Notes: generated by a model not told the origin, from the sequence alone. 64,000 nt of DNA from the human T2T-CHM13v2.0 reference genome, Homo sapiens (GCF_009914755.1 NC_060945.1), one strand, 5' to 3'. Numbered from the stretch's first letter, positions 12,811-26,676 are shown. A program made the numbers and translations.

Positions 12811-13244
12811 ACTAAAGCAACCTCACAAGTGGAACAAGCTAATACATGGGATTAAGTGTAAGTTTCTTTTTTTTCTTTCTTTTTTTTTTTACTTATTCCC
12901 CTAGATTTTCTGGTCTTTTTCACAAAGATTATGGATTCTTCTTAGAATCAGGAAAAAAGTAATTTCCATTTCAGTAAAAGATGCTGTAGACCTGGAATAA
13001 GTACTTAGATATTTATTTGAAAAAATAGGTCCATAAGTAGAGGTGATGATAGAATTTATCTTCTATGGAGATGACTTTTGAAAGTGAAAGAGTATGCTAT
13101 CATTAATTACACCAGTGCAAGTGTCATACACTGAAATGATCTGGGGAAATTAGAGACAATTGGTCATCTCTATATAAGGGACACTTAAGCTAATACTCAT
13201 CCACAAATGCCTCTTAAAAATAAAAAAGGTACCACCTGAGGAAA

Positions 13245-13541
13245 GAGGGGTGTGGGAGGATGAAGAAGTTGGTGAATGGGTACAAAAATATAGCTAGATA
13301 GAAGGAATAAGTTCTAGTATTTGATAGAAAAGTAGGGAAATTATAGTTAACAGTAATTTATTACGTATTTCAAGATAGGTGAAGAGAAGAATTGAAATGT
13401 TCCCAACACAAAGAAATGATAAATGTTTCAGGCGATGGCTGTCTCAATTACCCTGATTTGGTCCATACACATTGTATATGTGTAACAAACTATGGCATGT
13501 AGCCCCAAAATATGTGTAACTATGATGCTATCAATAAAAAA
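13245..13541 (+). mobile_element. L1MA 3' end
   Basis: gttggtgaatgggtacaaaaatatagctagatagaaggaataagttctag...atgttcccaacacaaagaaatgataaatgttt...tatcaataaaaa. Confidence 0.88.
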
Positions 13542-14004
13542 TGAGATAACTGACATCACTGGATCTGAAAATTAAGAAAACATGGTCTTGCCTTTGGACC
13601 TGAGAGCTCAGAGGCACCTTTGTTAAGCAACGTCTGCTCACTTAAGGTGGAGACTTTCTAAAAGCTGGGAGCATAGTCCCATGACTGTCCCCCTGGAGAA
13701 ACTCACACCTCCCAGGGGACTCCCTCCCCGTGAATAGATGAGGCTTGGGGCCCTCCTTCCATAGAAGAAGGAGGTTCTTCTATGGGAGTCAAGAAATCAA
13801 GAAGTGTGGATAATTCCATGTGTTTCTTTAGTTGTTAAAGAAATTTAAGTATTCTACTTTAGACTGTTGATTAAAGGTTATTGTTTAAAAAAACCTTAAA
13901 ACTGTTTTGCATTTTGATCATCATAGTGAAGACTATTTGAACAAAGATCATCAATGGATGCCAAATCTATGGAAGAACACTTGCATAGTCTAAAAATGTC
14001 TCCC

Positions 14005-14321
<317 letters not shown>

Positions 14322-14803
14322 CTAAGTAAAAGCAAGAGTAAAAATTGTCAGTGTACAGCAGAGGTTCTATACAATTCTTTGCCCCAGAGACCAAAATGAG
14401 CATCCTCATTGAACTGCCGTGGACACTGTGGCCTCTGATGTGATGCCCTGAGAAGGACAAATCTTCTCCATGTAGATTTCCATTCAGGGAGGTGGTACCT
14501 GAATCCAAGCACAAGGAAACATCAGAGACCACTTTGAGCAATTCTTTAGAAAATGAATGGCCTATAGTCTTCGAAAATGTCAATGTCATACTACGGAGAG
14601 GCTGAGGAAATAGTCCAGATTAAAAAGCCTGGGAACACAATAAGTACATGCTATTCATGATCTTAAACTGGATCTTAAACTGGAGGGAAGATTTCTACAC
14701 AGAGCATTTTTTGACTATTGGCAAATTGGAATACAGTCTGTGTTTAGACAAAAGATTTGATCAATGTTAAATTTCTTGAATTGTTACCTATGGTTTTCTT
14801 TTT

Positions 14804-15310
<507 letters not shown>

Positions 15311-15688
15311 GGTTTTCTTTTTAAAGAGAATATCCTTGTTCTTAGGAAATATGGCTTGAAGTATTAAAAGGTAAAGAGGCATGATGTATGAAATTTACTC
15401 TCAAAACTTTCAGAGAAAACAAATTATGTGTGTGTGCATGTGTGTGTATACACAGTCATTTACCAATAGACTTTGAAGGAGAGAGAATATGAAAAATAAA
15501 TGTGGGCAAATATTAAATATTGATAAATCTGAGTAAAACCTACATGGGAATAGTTTGTATTATTTTTGCAACTTTTTTTGTAAGTTCAAAATTACTGTGA
15601 AGTAAAAAGCTTTTAAAAATTGAGGAAAGATGCTAAGTAGTGATGAGTGAATGATGACCGGAAGCTTAGAGACCTCAGGCTCTGATTA

Positions 15689-16034
<346 letters not shown>

Positions 16035-17699
16035 CTATGGGGATAAGCTAGGCCCAGAGATGCTCACATGTGGTTTAGGGGGACAAAGGAAACATGAGGA
16101 TATCCGTTTCTCTTTGGGTGCTGTGATTTGGACTATGCAGACTCCACTGGGGTGGCATGAGGAAGTATTGGTAAAATCTGGCTGTTCTTGAAATCGAGCT
16201 CCTTGGAAGATCGTGATAATCAAGTGAGAGATCACTGCCCCACCAAATTTGAGTACTTACAGTTGATCACACGAAATAAAAATGCCCAATTATGATTACT
16301 AAGGAAGAGATCCTATATTGCTGGAATTATTGTCTCCCCAGAGTCAAGCGCCAGTGCCAGGGTCAGAATGAGTACTGAACACCAGAAGACTTCCTATCCA
16401 AAGTATTTGCTGAGCTACTAGGCATCCAGGTGGTCAAGAGGACAATGAGCTAAACTGATAGTAGCAATCAAGCCTCTATCTGCTTACTATGACAGTGTGA
16501 GCAAGAGGCAGAAAAAGAAGTGCCAACCACCCCCCTCCCCGTGTTCCATTTCCCCCATGGAGCAGTGCCAGGTCAAGATCAGCATGGACCTGGGCAATAG
16601 GAAACTGCAGAGGAGTGCCAGTCTAAGGTCTACTGCCTCTTTATGGACACAGAGGCTGGGGAGAGAAGGGGGACAAGGATGTTCTTTAGCCATGGATCCT
16701 GATAAGGAGGTTATGGTAGAGGACCCTGGACTAGGAGTGCAGATATGTTCATGAGTTGGGCTGGCCAGGCAGGGCTCAAGTCCCTGACTGCAGCTCCCTC
16801 TGGGGACTGCAATACACTTGCTGTATACCAAGACTGCTGTGGGGAGGGCAACTTCCCTGGAGAGGCCTGCAAGGCAAAGCCTTGTCACTGCCTGTGGTCG
16901 GACCTGAAAGATCACACATGGGATTTGGGCCGGAGCTGGACTTCTTATGATTTTCGAGTAAGAAAACCTGGGCTGAGTTGGAGATTGCCCTCCTTCAGGT
17001 GCAGTGAGCTGAGCTTTCTTCTCGTAGGCACTTGCTTGGGATCTGGGACTGCTGTTGGAATTCTCCCAGCCAGATTTTCCCAGTCCATGAGATCAGTCTG
17101 CCCTTGCTGCCGGGGTGGGGTGGGGGTTGTCTGCAGGTGCCTTGTTAGCTGGTCAGCACGCTGCTGGCTGCGCGCTCCTCCTGGCTTCATTTTCCTCTTC
17201 TCCTGCTTTCAGCAGGACATAGCTGGTCGTGACACTTCAGGAAACCTGGCGTTTGTGTGCACTTCCTGAGCTGTTTAGCACCACTGCTCAGAACCCCTGG
17301 AGCTGGGACCACCACCTGCTCTTGTGGGTTCAAGCGCTCAGAGAGAGGGTTCTAAGGCTCTGGGCCAGTGCAGGTAGAAGGTGAAGATCCCAGCTTGGTA
17401 AAGCAGAGCGGCACATCCCGAGCATTTTCAAGATATATTTTAAATTCACTCCATCGCCTGTGAGCCAGTGAAGGAAAGGCAGACCCCAGCCGAGGGCAGA
17501 GGCAGAAACGTGATTTTAGAAATCATAAGGGTGGTGGGCAAGACCCACAAAAGGTCACAGGCCAATTACTGCTTTCGAGAGGAGGAAGGATGTCCTTGGG
17601 TAACTATTAAAATGCATGACACAATTAAAATATGGGGACACATGCGGCCTGTGTTAAAATTAGATTATCAATACTGCTTAGCAGCCTTGGAACCTCAGG

Positions 17700-17845
17700 C
17701 GAGGCACTGAAGCAGTTAGGGTTTCCTCTTCTGTAACTGAGTGATTTTAACTGTATCTCTCTCATAGGATTGTTGAGAGGATTAAAAGAGATGATGCTTA
17801 TAAAAACATGAGACTGCTTGGACCTATTCTGAATGCTTAATGAGA
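17700..17845 (+). mobile_element. MIR fragment
   Basis: gtttcctcttctgtaa...tcataggattgttgagaggattaaa...atgcttaat. Confidence 0.65.
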
Positions 17846-17885
17846 TCTAGCTGTGAAAATATGTGTCTACATACATATTTAATAA

Positions 17886-17896
17886 GCACACGTGCG

Positions 17897-17940
<44 letters not shown>
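17886..17940. repeat. (CG)n(CA)n alternating purine-pyrimidine tract (Z-DNA prone)
   Basis: 55 bp of unbroken R/Y alternation: gcacacgtgcgcgcgcgcgc(ac)n. Confidence 0.92.
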
Positions 17941-17942
<2 letters not shown>

Positions 17943-17955
17943 AATGCTGTACTCC

Positions 17956-18010
17956 GTCACGTGGTGACCAATGGAACAAACCCTCTCTGTCCCGGACCTC
18001 CACCGCCCAC
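17956..18010 (+). promoter_or_regulatory. Candidate promoter motif cluster (E-box, CCAAT, GC box)
   Basis: GTCACGTG 17956-17963, CCAAT 17968-17972, CCGCCC 18003-18008 in locally CpG-retaining unique DNA; motif evidence only. Confidence 0.3.
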
Positions 18011-18109
18011 GGCAGCTGAACTGGGCCCGGGGTCTTGACTCCTCACAGGCTTCCCCTCTCACTGGCTTCTCTTCTTGCCGCTCTTCTTTTCTCTTTGTCT
18101 TCTTTGTAG

Positions 18110-18206
18110 GTTTCTCAAATATCCCTTTTTCTCTTTGGTCCTTTTCTTATGTTAACCTCTTGCCTCCTTGGTGTCTACATTTATTCATTTAAGAGTCTAA
18201 AACAAG
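18110..18206 (+). other. Candidate exon (or 3' part of a first exon)
   Basis: Long pyrimidine tract ending ttctttgtag| at 18109 and AAG|GTAAGA donor at 18206. Confidence 0.35.
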
Positions 18207-21049
18207 GTAAGAAGAAAACTAGTTTGTAACCTGAAAGTTCTTCTTTACTGCTGGAAACACCTGCCCTTGTTCAAATACAGCAACAGGACTTGGTTCACAT
18301 GGAAGATAGGAGTTGGAAAAGGGTTTTCTAATTCACTCTTTGCTGGTGACTTGAGATCCCCACATCAATACACTGCTGAAAACAGAAGGAAGCATTAGCA
18401 GAAAGGGATGAGGGGTGCTGCTCTCCACCCAAGAGGATTCAGGCATGTTCCACAGCCCTCATCGGGATGCACAGGACTTGACACTGCACTGTCCACACCC
18501 CTGCCGCGGGAGGCTGAAGTGACTTCCTTCCACTCAGTTCCAGCGGGCTCTGCTCTAAGGCGTTTTCTCCAATCTCTCTTTCTGCACTGGGGATTTCTGA
18601 GCACAGAGAAAAGTTTCCACTCCTGGTAAATTTATGGAGAACTTGGTCCCATATGATAAGAAATGGAGCCTATTATAAGTTGATACTAACAAAAATGGGA
18701 GATTTTGTTGTTTCATAGGAAATGTTTGCAAGTCTAATGTCAGAATGTTCTGTGAGTGTTGCAATGTAGTAGAATAATGCACCCACATGCTTCTTGTTTT
18801 TTTTCCCTCATGACAAGTATGACATAAGATGCACTTAAATAAATCTGTGGATTTATTTGGAGAAAACATCCCACATGCTTGTTTATAAAAGCCATAAATA
18901 GGAAGACAGAATGCAGAAAGAAAGGAGACATGAAAGAAACCCTTATGACCCTTTGAATTCCAGTAACTCACTTCATGCATAAAAGGGAACTTATTTTTAT
19001 TATTTTCTTCTATTCTTCTTCTTTCATTATTCTGAAACATGGGTGACAAAGAGTCCAATTTGATGGAATTTACTATAGTATAGAAATTTAAAATCTCCTA
19101 AATATCTTTCTTCTCTTCCTATTTACTCAGTCACCACCACAGCTAAAGAGCTAATTTTGGAGTTGACTAAATATGACATTTAGTTCAAAATGATAACTTG
19201 GACATCCACAGTTCTTGTTGTTGCAGTATAACACCAAGTGCAGCACCTATTATTCACAGTACTGTGCAAGGAAACCAATTATTCTGCAGCATATAAACCC
19301 ATGTTCAATATCTTCATAGGAATGTCATTTCACATCTAGTGATTTTCCAATGCAGTCATGTTAACCTCAAAGGCTTATGTTTGGGAATGTGTTTGAGGCT
19401 TAGCAGCTATCATTTTCTTGAAAGTGCTGATTTTTTTTCCCATTGCCTTACTTAAAGTATGTTCCAGAGCCCTGCTCATAATTTTTGACTTCCTGAATGT
19501 CTTCTCTGAAACTGGCCTGTTCTTCCTCACACATTTACTGTGGACTGTGCACGGTAGCTGATCAATTAGGACTTTACTGAATGGCTGGGATGGGAATGTC
19601 CAGCACCCCATGTGCTAGGGTGACTTTCCAGACACTAAATATCTGCTCAGGAGCCAATCAGCTATAGCCAGAAGTTGGGAGGGCATCCTGCATCTCCCAG
19701 CTCTCCCCACCAATTCCTGTTGTCCTTAACATGGATGACACCTGAGTGTATTGGACATGGGACTGGGTGAGAAAAGGAGGTCAGATTTCAACTCAAGTCT
19801 AAATAGCTGGCCTGGAAGGAAGTATGACAACTCTGTGTTAACCTTTTTACATTTATATTTATTACTCAAAAAACTTATGAGTAAGTTTTTGTTATTACAA
19901 TAAGAAGACTTCAGACAAACCTGAGATGGAGAACCAGATAATACAGACAGCTGGAAGAACCAGGCAAGAGTCTGGGGCAGCTCACAGGAGGGATGATGCT
20001 ACCTCAACTCTGCAGCATCTGGGATCGCCAGCCAAAGGGTCGGGGAACTGCCAGGGAGAAGGTGTGAGTGATGAGGCCCTGGCGGTGAGCTCCAATTCCA
20101 GGGCTGGGGTGGTCCATTGTAGGTGGCTCCTAGGATGGGCTAGGGGCTGCTTCCAACAGTGCCCTTGACCAGTGCAAGTGTAGGTGGTAAAATCAGCAGC
20201 CAATTGGTTCACCCAAGGAGCAGCTAGGATTCCAAGGTTGTGCATACACCCTCAGTGGGTGGTGGGCGTAGAACTTCCCAGGCCTTCTCTGCACCTCTAA
20301 CAGTTATGCTATCAATACTATTTGAAGAGGATGACCCAACTCCTTTCTGATCAAGATAAATATTTCTAAATATTGTGTTTGTGTAAGTGTTTTTTAATTT
20401 CTGCCTTGTCTAGGGAAGGGATGATGTGCTTGTAGCATGACATCCCCATTCTTCCAGTCAACTGAACGGCATCAATAAGTGGTGATGTCACTCTAACTGA
20501 GCCTTAGAGTCCTTCTCAGCATAAAGCTGGGCAGTCCCTTCCTGTTGATTGTAATAAAACCCACTTGCTACCTCTTGGCCTAGAGAATGTAATGATATGA
20601 TTTGAATAGCTAGATACTGACCTTTCCAAAACGTTGGCTTACAACAGCTTCTTGGATTGTAGTATTTTAACAGTAACTTGTCGGTAGATATTTTGTCACT
20701 GATGTGGGCATAGTTTGTTGCAGCCTACTATGCTACTATTACTGCTTGTATTTTTTCTCAGCACACACTTTGTTTCCATAGCAGTTCTCATTTTCCACGT
20801 GACAAAGGCCATGGAGCTGGCCGTGTGTGTACAACACAGGTCAGAGAGCTCCCGTTTTGCTTCTGTGAGTGTAGATGGGATGGCCCACTTCATCCTGAGG
20901 CCTTTCTCCAGTGTTGTGCTGTGAGACCCAGTGGGTCCTCTTGCCTTCAATGTCTTTGTCCTTGCACTCAAGCAGAGAAGAGTTAAAATAAAACTATAAT
21001 GCCTATTAAGAATCAGCATTCCTATTTTGGTCATTCTGCTAACCGCTTG

Positions 21050-21235
21050 ACACCCATCCTCCCATTTATTCTTCACAGTAACCTTGCCAGATAGGTAGTA
21101 GTAACATCTTCACTTAACAGATGGAGAAACTGAGGCTTAGAGAGGTTAAACAATATTCCCAGAGTTACACAATAGAGAGCAGAGGCAGGGCTGGAATCTA
21201 GATCCATTTGATTTCAATATCCATAATTGTACCAC
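21050..21235 (-). mobile_element. MIR
   Basis: acagatggagaaactgaggcttagagaggttaa...cccagagttacaca. Confidence 0.85.
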
Positions 21236-21445
21236 GTTCTTAGGCCCAGGGTTTTTGAAAAGCCCATCTTGGGCTCTGAGAGGAGAATAAGTAATGCCAT
21301 AGTTTGTGTGATGAATCCATTAGGGAACCTGCTCTCCATGAGTTTTCCTGGGACTCCCAGAAGCAAGGTGGCCCAAGGATGGTCCAGGGCATCACCTATT
21401 GGCTGGGCTAGAACTCATACAAACAGACTCAACCAGAACTAGAGG

Positions 21446-21742
21446 GTGGTGAGTTTTGTGTGATAGAGGCGTAGAATGCAGCAGACACTGAGCATTGGAA
21501 ACTTCTGGCTGCTGGCCTGTGTGATGCATGCTTACTTTGCTTTTTTTTTTTTTTTTTTAATGACAAAGGAACATGCTTTTGTTTGTTTTAGGAGAAGAGG
21601 GATTGAAGGAACCAAGGGTAGCTGTGGAGGAAATTAAGAAACTTGAGGCTAGATGGAGCCTCGGCTGGGTTTTGGAGTTCAAGAGGTTAACAGGACTGAG
21701 TTTAGGTAAATTTGTCCTCTCCATTTTGCTTGAAATATTGTG

Positions 21743-21794
<52 letters not shown>

Positions 21795-21815
21795 TGTGTG
21801 TGAATGTTAGAAAAA
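21446..21815 (+). repeat. Dispersed duplicate (copy B, likely donor) of 1081-1424
   Basis: By-eye alignment to copy A; includes a T-run and (TG)n at ~21745-21802. Confidence 0.95.
21592..21705 (+). other. Candidate 114-nt symmetric (phase 1-1) exon
   Basis: ttttgtttgttttag| acceptor, TAG|GTAAAT donor, open frame (G)EEGLKEPRVAVEEIKKLEARWSLGWVLEFKRLTGLSL(G). Confidence 0.35.
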
Positions 21816-23249
21816 TAAATGTAAAGTTACCAGTGTTAATGTTCATAATAAAAGTTAATAACTGTGAGGCTTTAATGGTCCAGGCTCACTTTTATTATTA
21901 ACATCAATTTAACACTCTCAGAGAAGTTATTAGACTCTAACCTCCCCTGTCATTGCTCTCGAAATAGGAATAAATGCCATTTTCCTCTGGTTGTTAATTC
22001 AGCTTTTAGAAACAGAACATCGGCAAGAGCCTGCCTGTAAACAATCCCAAATATATGTGATCACTGCCTCAGCTAGAAAAAAATAAATATTAATGAGACC
22101 ATGTCCTGGCCAGTGGTACAAATGCCACGGGCTTCAGGCAGAATTACTATGAATGATCTGAATCATAAGCTTGTGTTGGAAACAAATAATTTTACTCCAA
22201 ACCTCATCATAGAGATTGCGAGGAGCATTCTTCATTTTCTTTTGCACGTGTTGACAGCCTGATTAAGAGCTTTGGGCACTTGCCATAGTTCCCCATTTGA
22301 GAGTGATCCGTGCCTGTCTCCTGGGGTGTTTCCTTGGTCTGGCAGCATGGGGTTGCTATGTCCCTGGGACTGGCAGAACTCTCAGGGAAAAGCAACTTTT
22401 AAACCATCCAGATTTTGCTATCACCCCTGAGCTTTGGAAAAGTCTTTCAGTGTGAGCTGGACTGGGAACCTCTTTCATCCTCACCCCATCACCCCATGGT
22501 ACCCGGGAATATCTGCTAATGTGTAGTTTGGTGACCTCAGACTAGTATACTAGGTGCTGGTCAAAAATGAGGAGTGGCATGCTTCTTCTGGGCTATGCCC
22601 GATTACTTTTAAGCTTAATCTGTTGAAAACACTGGTAGAATTTCTAGGATACCAAGATTCTTGGCAAGCTTGGGAATGTTTTCTTGCTGCCTCTTACTCC
22701 TCTACTCCAAATAGTATTACTCGAGCAGATGTGGCAACATTAATTTGAGGCCCCTACTTGAGTGCTTTACTTTTCAGGTGTGATAGGATATGAGTAGCCT
22801 TCCTATAGTTTGGAGTGGTGGATGTAGATGGTTTTGCCCAGTAGTGGGTGTTGCTTCAAATGGGAAGTGTCCTGATTCTGGTTTTACTTCCTTGGGGCTA
22901 AGGTGTTAAACTCGATCTCATAGTTCCATTTCATCCCTTGAGAAGGCTCACTGCAGAGCCTTCTCTGTCCTACGAGATGCTCTGTAGTATTAAAGAAAAA
23001 CCTCAGCACCTTTGCCTTAAGCATCATTGAAATGTTACATGCTTTTCGTGTATCAGAGCATGTAAATTACCTTCCAGGGAAAGGACTCATATCTCAGGGT
23101 CACTTCAGTACAACAGTGACAATTTGCTGATTACAGCAGTTTCCCCGAAGAAAGAGGGAAGCCATCACTATTTGTGTAGCAAAGATTAGAAAGCTTGAGA
23201 ATCATAAAGGCAATTCGGCCCAGGATCTCCTGGCATGCCATGTCAGCTT

Positions 23250-23660
23250 ATTTATTAGTCAGGGTCCTCCGGGAAGCATGTGTTGAGATGGGATTAAACT
23301 TGCCTGCATTTTGTTAGGAGAAACTATCACATGAGGGAAGATAAAGAGGGAACCAGGGAAGGCCGGGAGGGCCATTAAGCCTTGATGCAAATCTGACTCC
23401 ATGTCAAGAGAGAAGGAGGGGAGGCTGAGAGAAGGCACGTTGGACTGCCTGCTGCAGTCTCTGGAGGGTCCGCAGGGTGTTGGGGGCCCCTGTGTCTGCC
23501 TTAGTGACCTAAAACAGTCATTCGCTGGGAGCAGCCCTGGGGATGCAAGTCCTCCTGCAAATGCAGCTATGATGGATTTCAAAGCACCACATCTTGAGCC
23601 CTCAGTGGGTGGTGTTCTCTGTAGTTGGAGTCTGCCAGGTGTGTTCCAGAGGCTGCCACA
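23250..23660 (-). mobile_element. LTR16-family (ERVL) LTR
   Basis: agtcagggtcctccgggaagca...gatgcaaatctgactcc...cagtcattcgctgggagcagccc. Confidence 0.7.
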
Positions 23661-24224
23661 GTGCACTTTTCTTAAACTAGAGAATGTTCCTCCATTAAAT
23701 ACCTGCTTTGTGCCAGACAATGGCTATATTCTGGCATCACGGAGGGCGGCCAGAGGGAAATGAGAGGAGACCCTGTGCTCTGCAATGCAGAGGCGTCTCC
23801 CTGAGCAGCCTCCCTCTATGGACGGGCATTTCACAGACTTCTCCACCAGGAAGCAGCAGGGTGATAGTGCCCAGGTCCACAGGCCACAAAGCCCATTGGT
23901 ATTGTCAGGTCCTGTGCTTCACTGCATATGGGTCAAGACCACAGATGGTGGCGGCTACCTCCAGCTCCCATCACTCAGGACATGGCAGGCCCTTGCCCTT
24001 TCCCCTCCACAGCGTCGTTCTCATCTTCCTTTGACAAGGCACCTGCAGGTATTCTCTCTCCTGTTCCCCTGCCAAGCTTGCAACAGGCGGGGATGGACTC
24101 TCACACCTCTGTGTAGTGAAAATGAGAATTCCCATTTGTCATTCTGATTTTGTCCAATGGCCTTTCTAGTGTCTCCTGGTCTCTCCTCTGCTTAGTGAGG
24201 GGTCCTCATGCTTCTTGAGAGATG

Positions 24225-24430
24225 GCAGCTAATGTGGGTGCCCGAGTCAGGCTGCTAACTGTTGGCTGCATGATTTATTTGGGGTAAGTTATCTAAGTTC
24301 TCTGTGCCTCAATCCCTTATTTGTAAGAAAGATAACAATGTCTGTTGCTAACACTTACGACTGTTTTGAGGATTAAATGTGATAATACAAGCAAGCTTTT
24401 AGCATAGTGCTCAATAAATAGCAGTTATTA
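24225..24430 (+). mobile_element. MIR
   Basis: gggtaagttatctaagttctctgtgcctcaatcccttatttgtaa...tgaggattaaatgtgataat...gtgctcaataaat. Confidence 0.85.
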
Positions 24431-24509
24431 TTAGATTGAACCCCACAGAATTACCATTTTTCTAAGTCAAGAAATTTAAATTTTGGCAGTTTCATGAGGT
24501 TTAACCAAA
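24431..24509. mobile_element. MADE2 mariner-derived MITE
   Basis: ttagattgaacc...aattacc...ggcagtttcatgaggtttaacc; ~80 bp with inverted termini after TA. Confidence 0.75.
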
Positions 24510-24865
24510 AACTATGGGTGGGCAAAACTTTTTGGTTTGGAAACCTCCTTACCCTCTGTGGGGTACTTGGTAGAGCAGCTGGGGTGAGCCACTTTTGCCT
24601 TCCTATCAGGACCTGGCACGTCACCCTCCCAAACTGGAAGAGAAGGCAGGTAGCTATTAGGTGGGAACAAAGACGTTGGTTCCATCACACCTGTGTTCAC
24701 CTCTTCTTCATACCAATCAGTGTTCACAAGGGTGACCTTGGCCTGAAGACAGCCTCCTTGAGTGTGTGCTCGACCCATGAGAGGAGAAGGCCCTCTCCCT
24801 ATTCACAGACCAAAATAAGCCACATCAGGATGGCTACTTCCATGTTAGAAATCACCATTGATCCA

Positions 24866-25489
24866 TGTATTTGTCTGGGTTCTCCAGAGAAAAATAATCA
24901 ATAGGATATATATATACACACACACATATAAAGAGACACATGCACACATATATGTATATACACACACACACACAAACACACATACAAAGAGAACGCGAGA
25001 AAGAAAGATATTTATACAGAGGCATTGACTCACGTGATTGTGGAGGCTGAGACATTTTGTAATCTGCCCTCCGCAGGCCAGAGGCCCAGGGAGGCCAGTG
25101 ATGTAAGTTCCAATCCAAGCCCAAAGGCCTGAGAACCAGGGAGCCAGTGCTGTGATTCCCACCAATCAGGTCTGAAAACTAGAAAGGTCAATGGTGCAAG
25201 ACCTGGTCTGGGTCTGAGGGCAGGGGACTTATGTCCTAGCTCAAGCAGTTAGACAGAGAAAGGGAGAGAGAGAATCCCCCTTTCCTCCACTTTTTTGTGC
25301 TATCCAGGCCTGCAGCAGATGGGATAATGCTGACCCACATTGAAGAGGGCCATCTGCTTCACTCAGCTCATGAATTCAAATGCTAATTTCTTCCAGAGAC
25401 ACCCTCACAGACACACCTAGAAATAATGTTTAGCCAGATATCTGGGCATCTCGTGACCCAGTCAAATTGATATATAACTAACCACCACA
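24866..25489 (-). mobile_element. MLT2-family (ERVL) solo LTR with internal (TA/CA)n
   Basis: tgtatttgtctgggttctccagaga...cagtcaaattgatatataactaaccaccaca; TSD atcca/gtcca. Confidence 0.88.
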
Positions 25490-26024
25490 GTCCAGGTAGA
25501 CTTACCTAAGGTGAGTTTGATTTAGTTAAGAGCCTATCTTTGTGCCTTCTGGGAGACCATGGGAACCCTTCAACGCCGGCTATGGAGAGAGGTGCTCCTT
25601 CTGCTACCAGGCTCAGGTAGGTACAGCGCAGGCCCTACAAAGTGAGGGAGGAGCGGTCCTGAAACGGTGGCCTGAGATCCCCATTCTCACCTCTGCTGAG
25701 TTGCCTCATGTCACAGGTACTCCTCGAGGTCAAGACATTTACCACCCACAGCCACTGTTAAACCACTAATATGCGGTGATTCATGTTTTTACGTAGGTGA
25801 CAGTTTAGTGTTATGGGGAAAAGCATTGGATTTGGAGTGTGGAATTAGTCATTCCTGACCTGGCTGGGTGGCTGTGTGTAAGCATTTTCTCTCCCTGGAG
25901 CCTCATCCATAGCATGAGGGTTTTGCAGCAAAGTTAAGATGGCAAGTACGTCTTCTCTCCCAAACCATCCCTGACCAGTAAACATCAACTCCCTGGAGAC
26001 TGGAAGGCCCTGGACAGCACCATC

Positions 26025-26262
26025 TTCTCCAGAAAAGCCAGTGATGTAGGTACCAATCCAAGCTCAAAGACTTAAGAACCAGGGAGCCAGTGCTGTAATT
26101 CCCAGCATAGGAGGCCCAGAACCAGAAAGGTCAGTGGTGCAAGTCCCGGTCTGGGTCTGAGGGCAGGAGATGTATGTCCTAGCTCAAGCAGTTAGGCAGA
26201 GAAAGAGAGAATCCCCCTTTCCTCCACTTTTTTGTGCCGTTCATGCCTGCAGGAGGTGGGAT
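26025..26262 (-). repeat. Local partial duplicate of the MLT2 LTR (25094-25325)
   Basis: gccagtgatgta...gagaatccccctttcctccacttttttgtgc...gggat shared with the adjacent LTR. Confidence 0.9.
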
Positions 26263-26313
26263 GAGAAGTACACCTTTTCTCCCAAACCATCTCTGACCAA
26301 TGAGCATCAACTC

Positions 26314-26676
26314 TGATATTGTTTGGCTGTGTCCCCACCAAAATCTCATCTTGAATTGTAGCCTCCATAATTCCTACATGTGATGGGAGGGACATGATGG
26401 GAGGTAATTAAATCCTGGGGCCCGGTCTTTCCATGCTGTTCTCATAAGAGTGAATAAGTCTCATGTGATATGACGGTTTTATAAAGGGGAGTTCCCCTGC
26501 ACATTCCCCCTTGCCTGCCGTCATGTAAGACATCCTTTTGCTCTTCCTTCATCTTCCACCACGGTTGTGAGGCCTCCCCAGCCATGTGGAACTGTGAGTC
26601 CGTTAAACCTCTTTCCTTTATAAATTACTCAGTCTCAGGTATGGCTTTATTAGCAGCATGAGAACAGACCAATACA
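26314..26676 (+). mobile_element. THE1B solo LTR (MaLR)
   Basis: tgatattgtttggctgtgtccccacc...gagaacagaccaataca; perfect TSD aactc at 26309-26313 and 26677-26681. Confidence 0.95.

Noticed and set aside
16745-17269. Longest ORF (174 aa) and overlapping ORFs
   Set aside because: No recognisable domain or coding-like composition; such ORFs are expected by chance in moderately GC-rich DNA.
17213-17374. NAGNAG acceptor and possible upstream coding exon
   Set aside because: The donor is weak, and the frame needed to join 18110 has a stop at 17267-17269.
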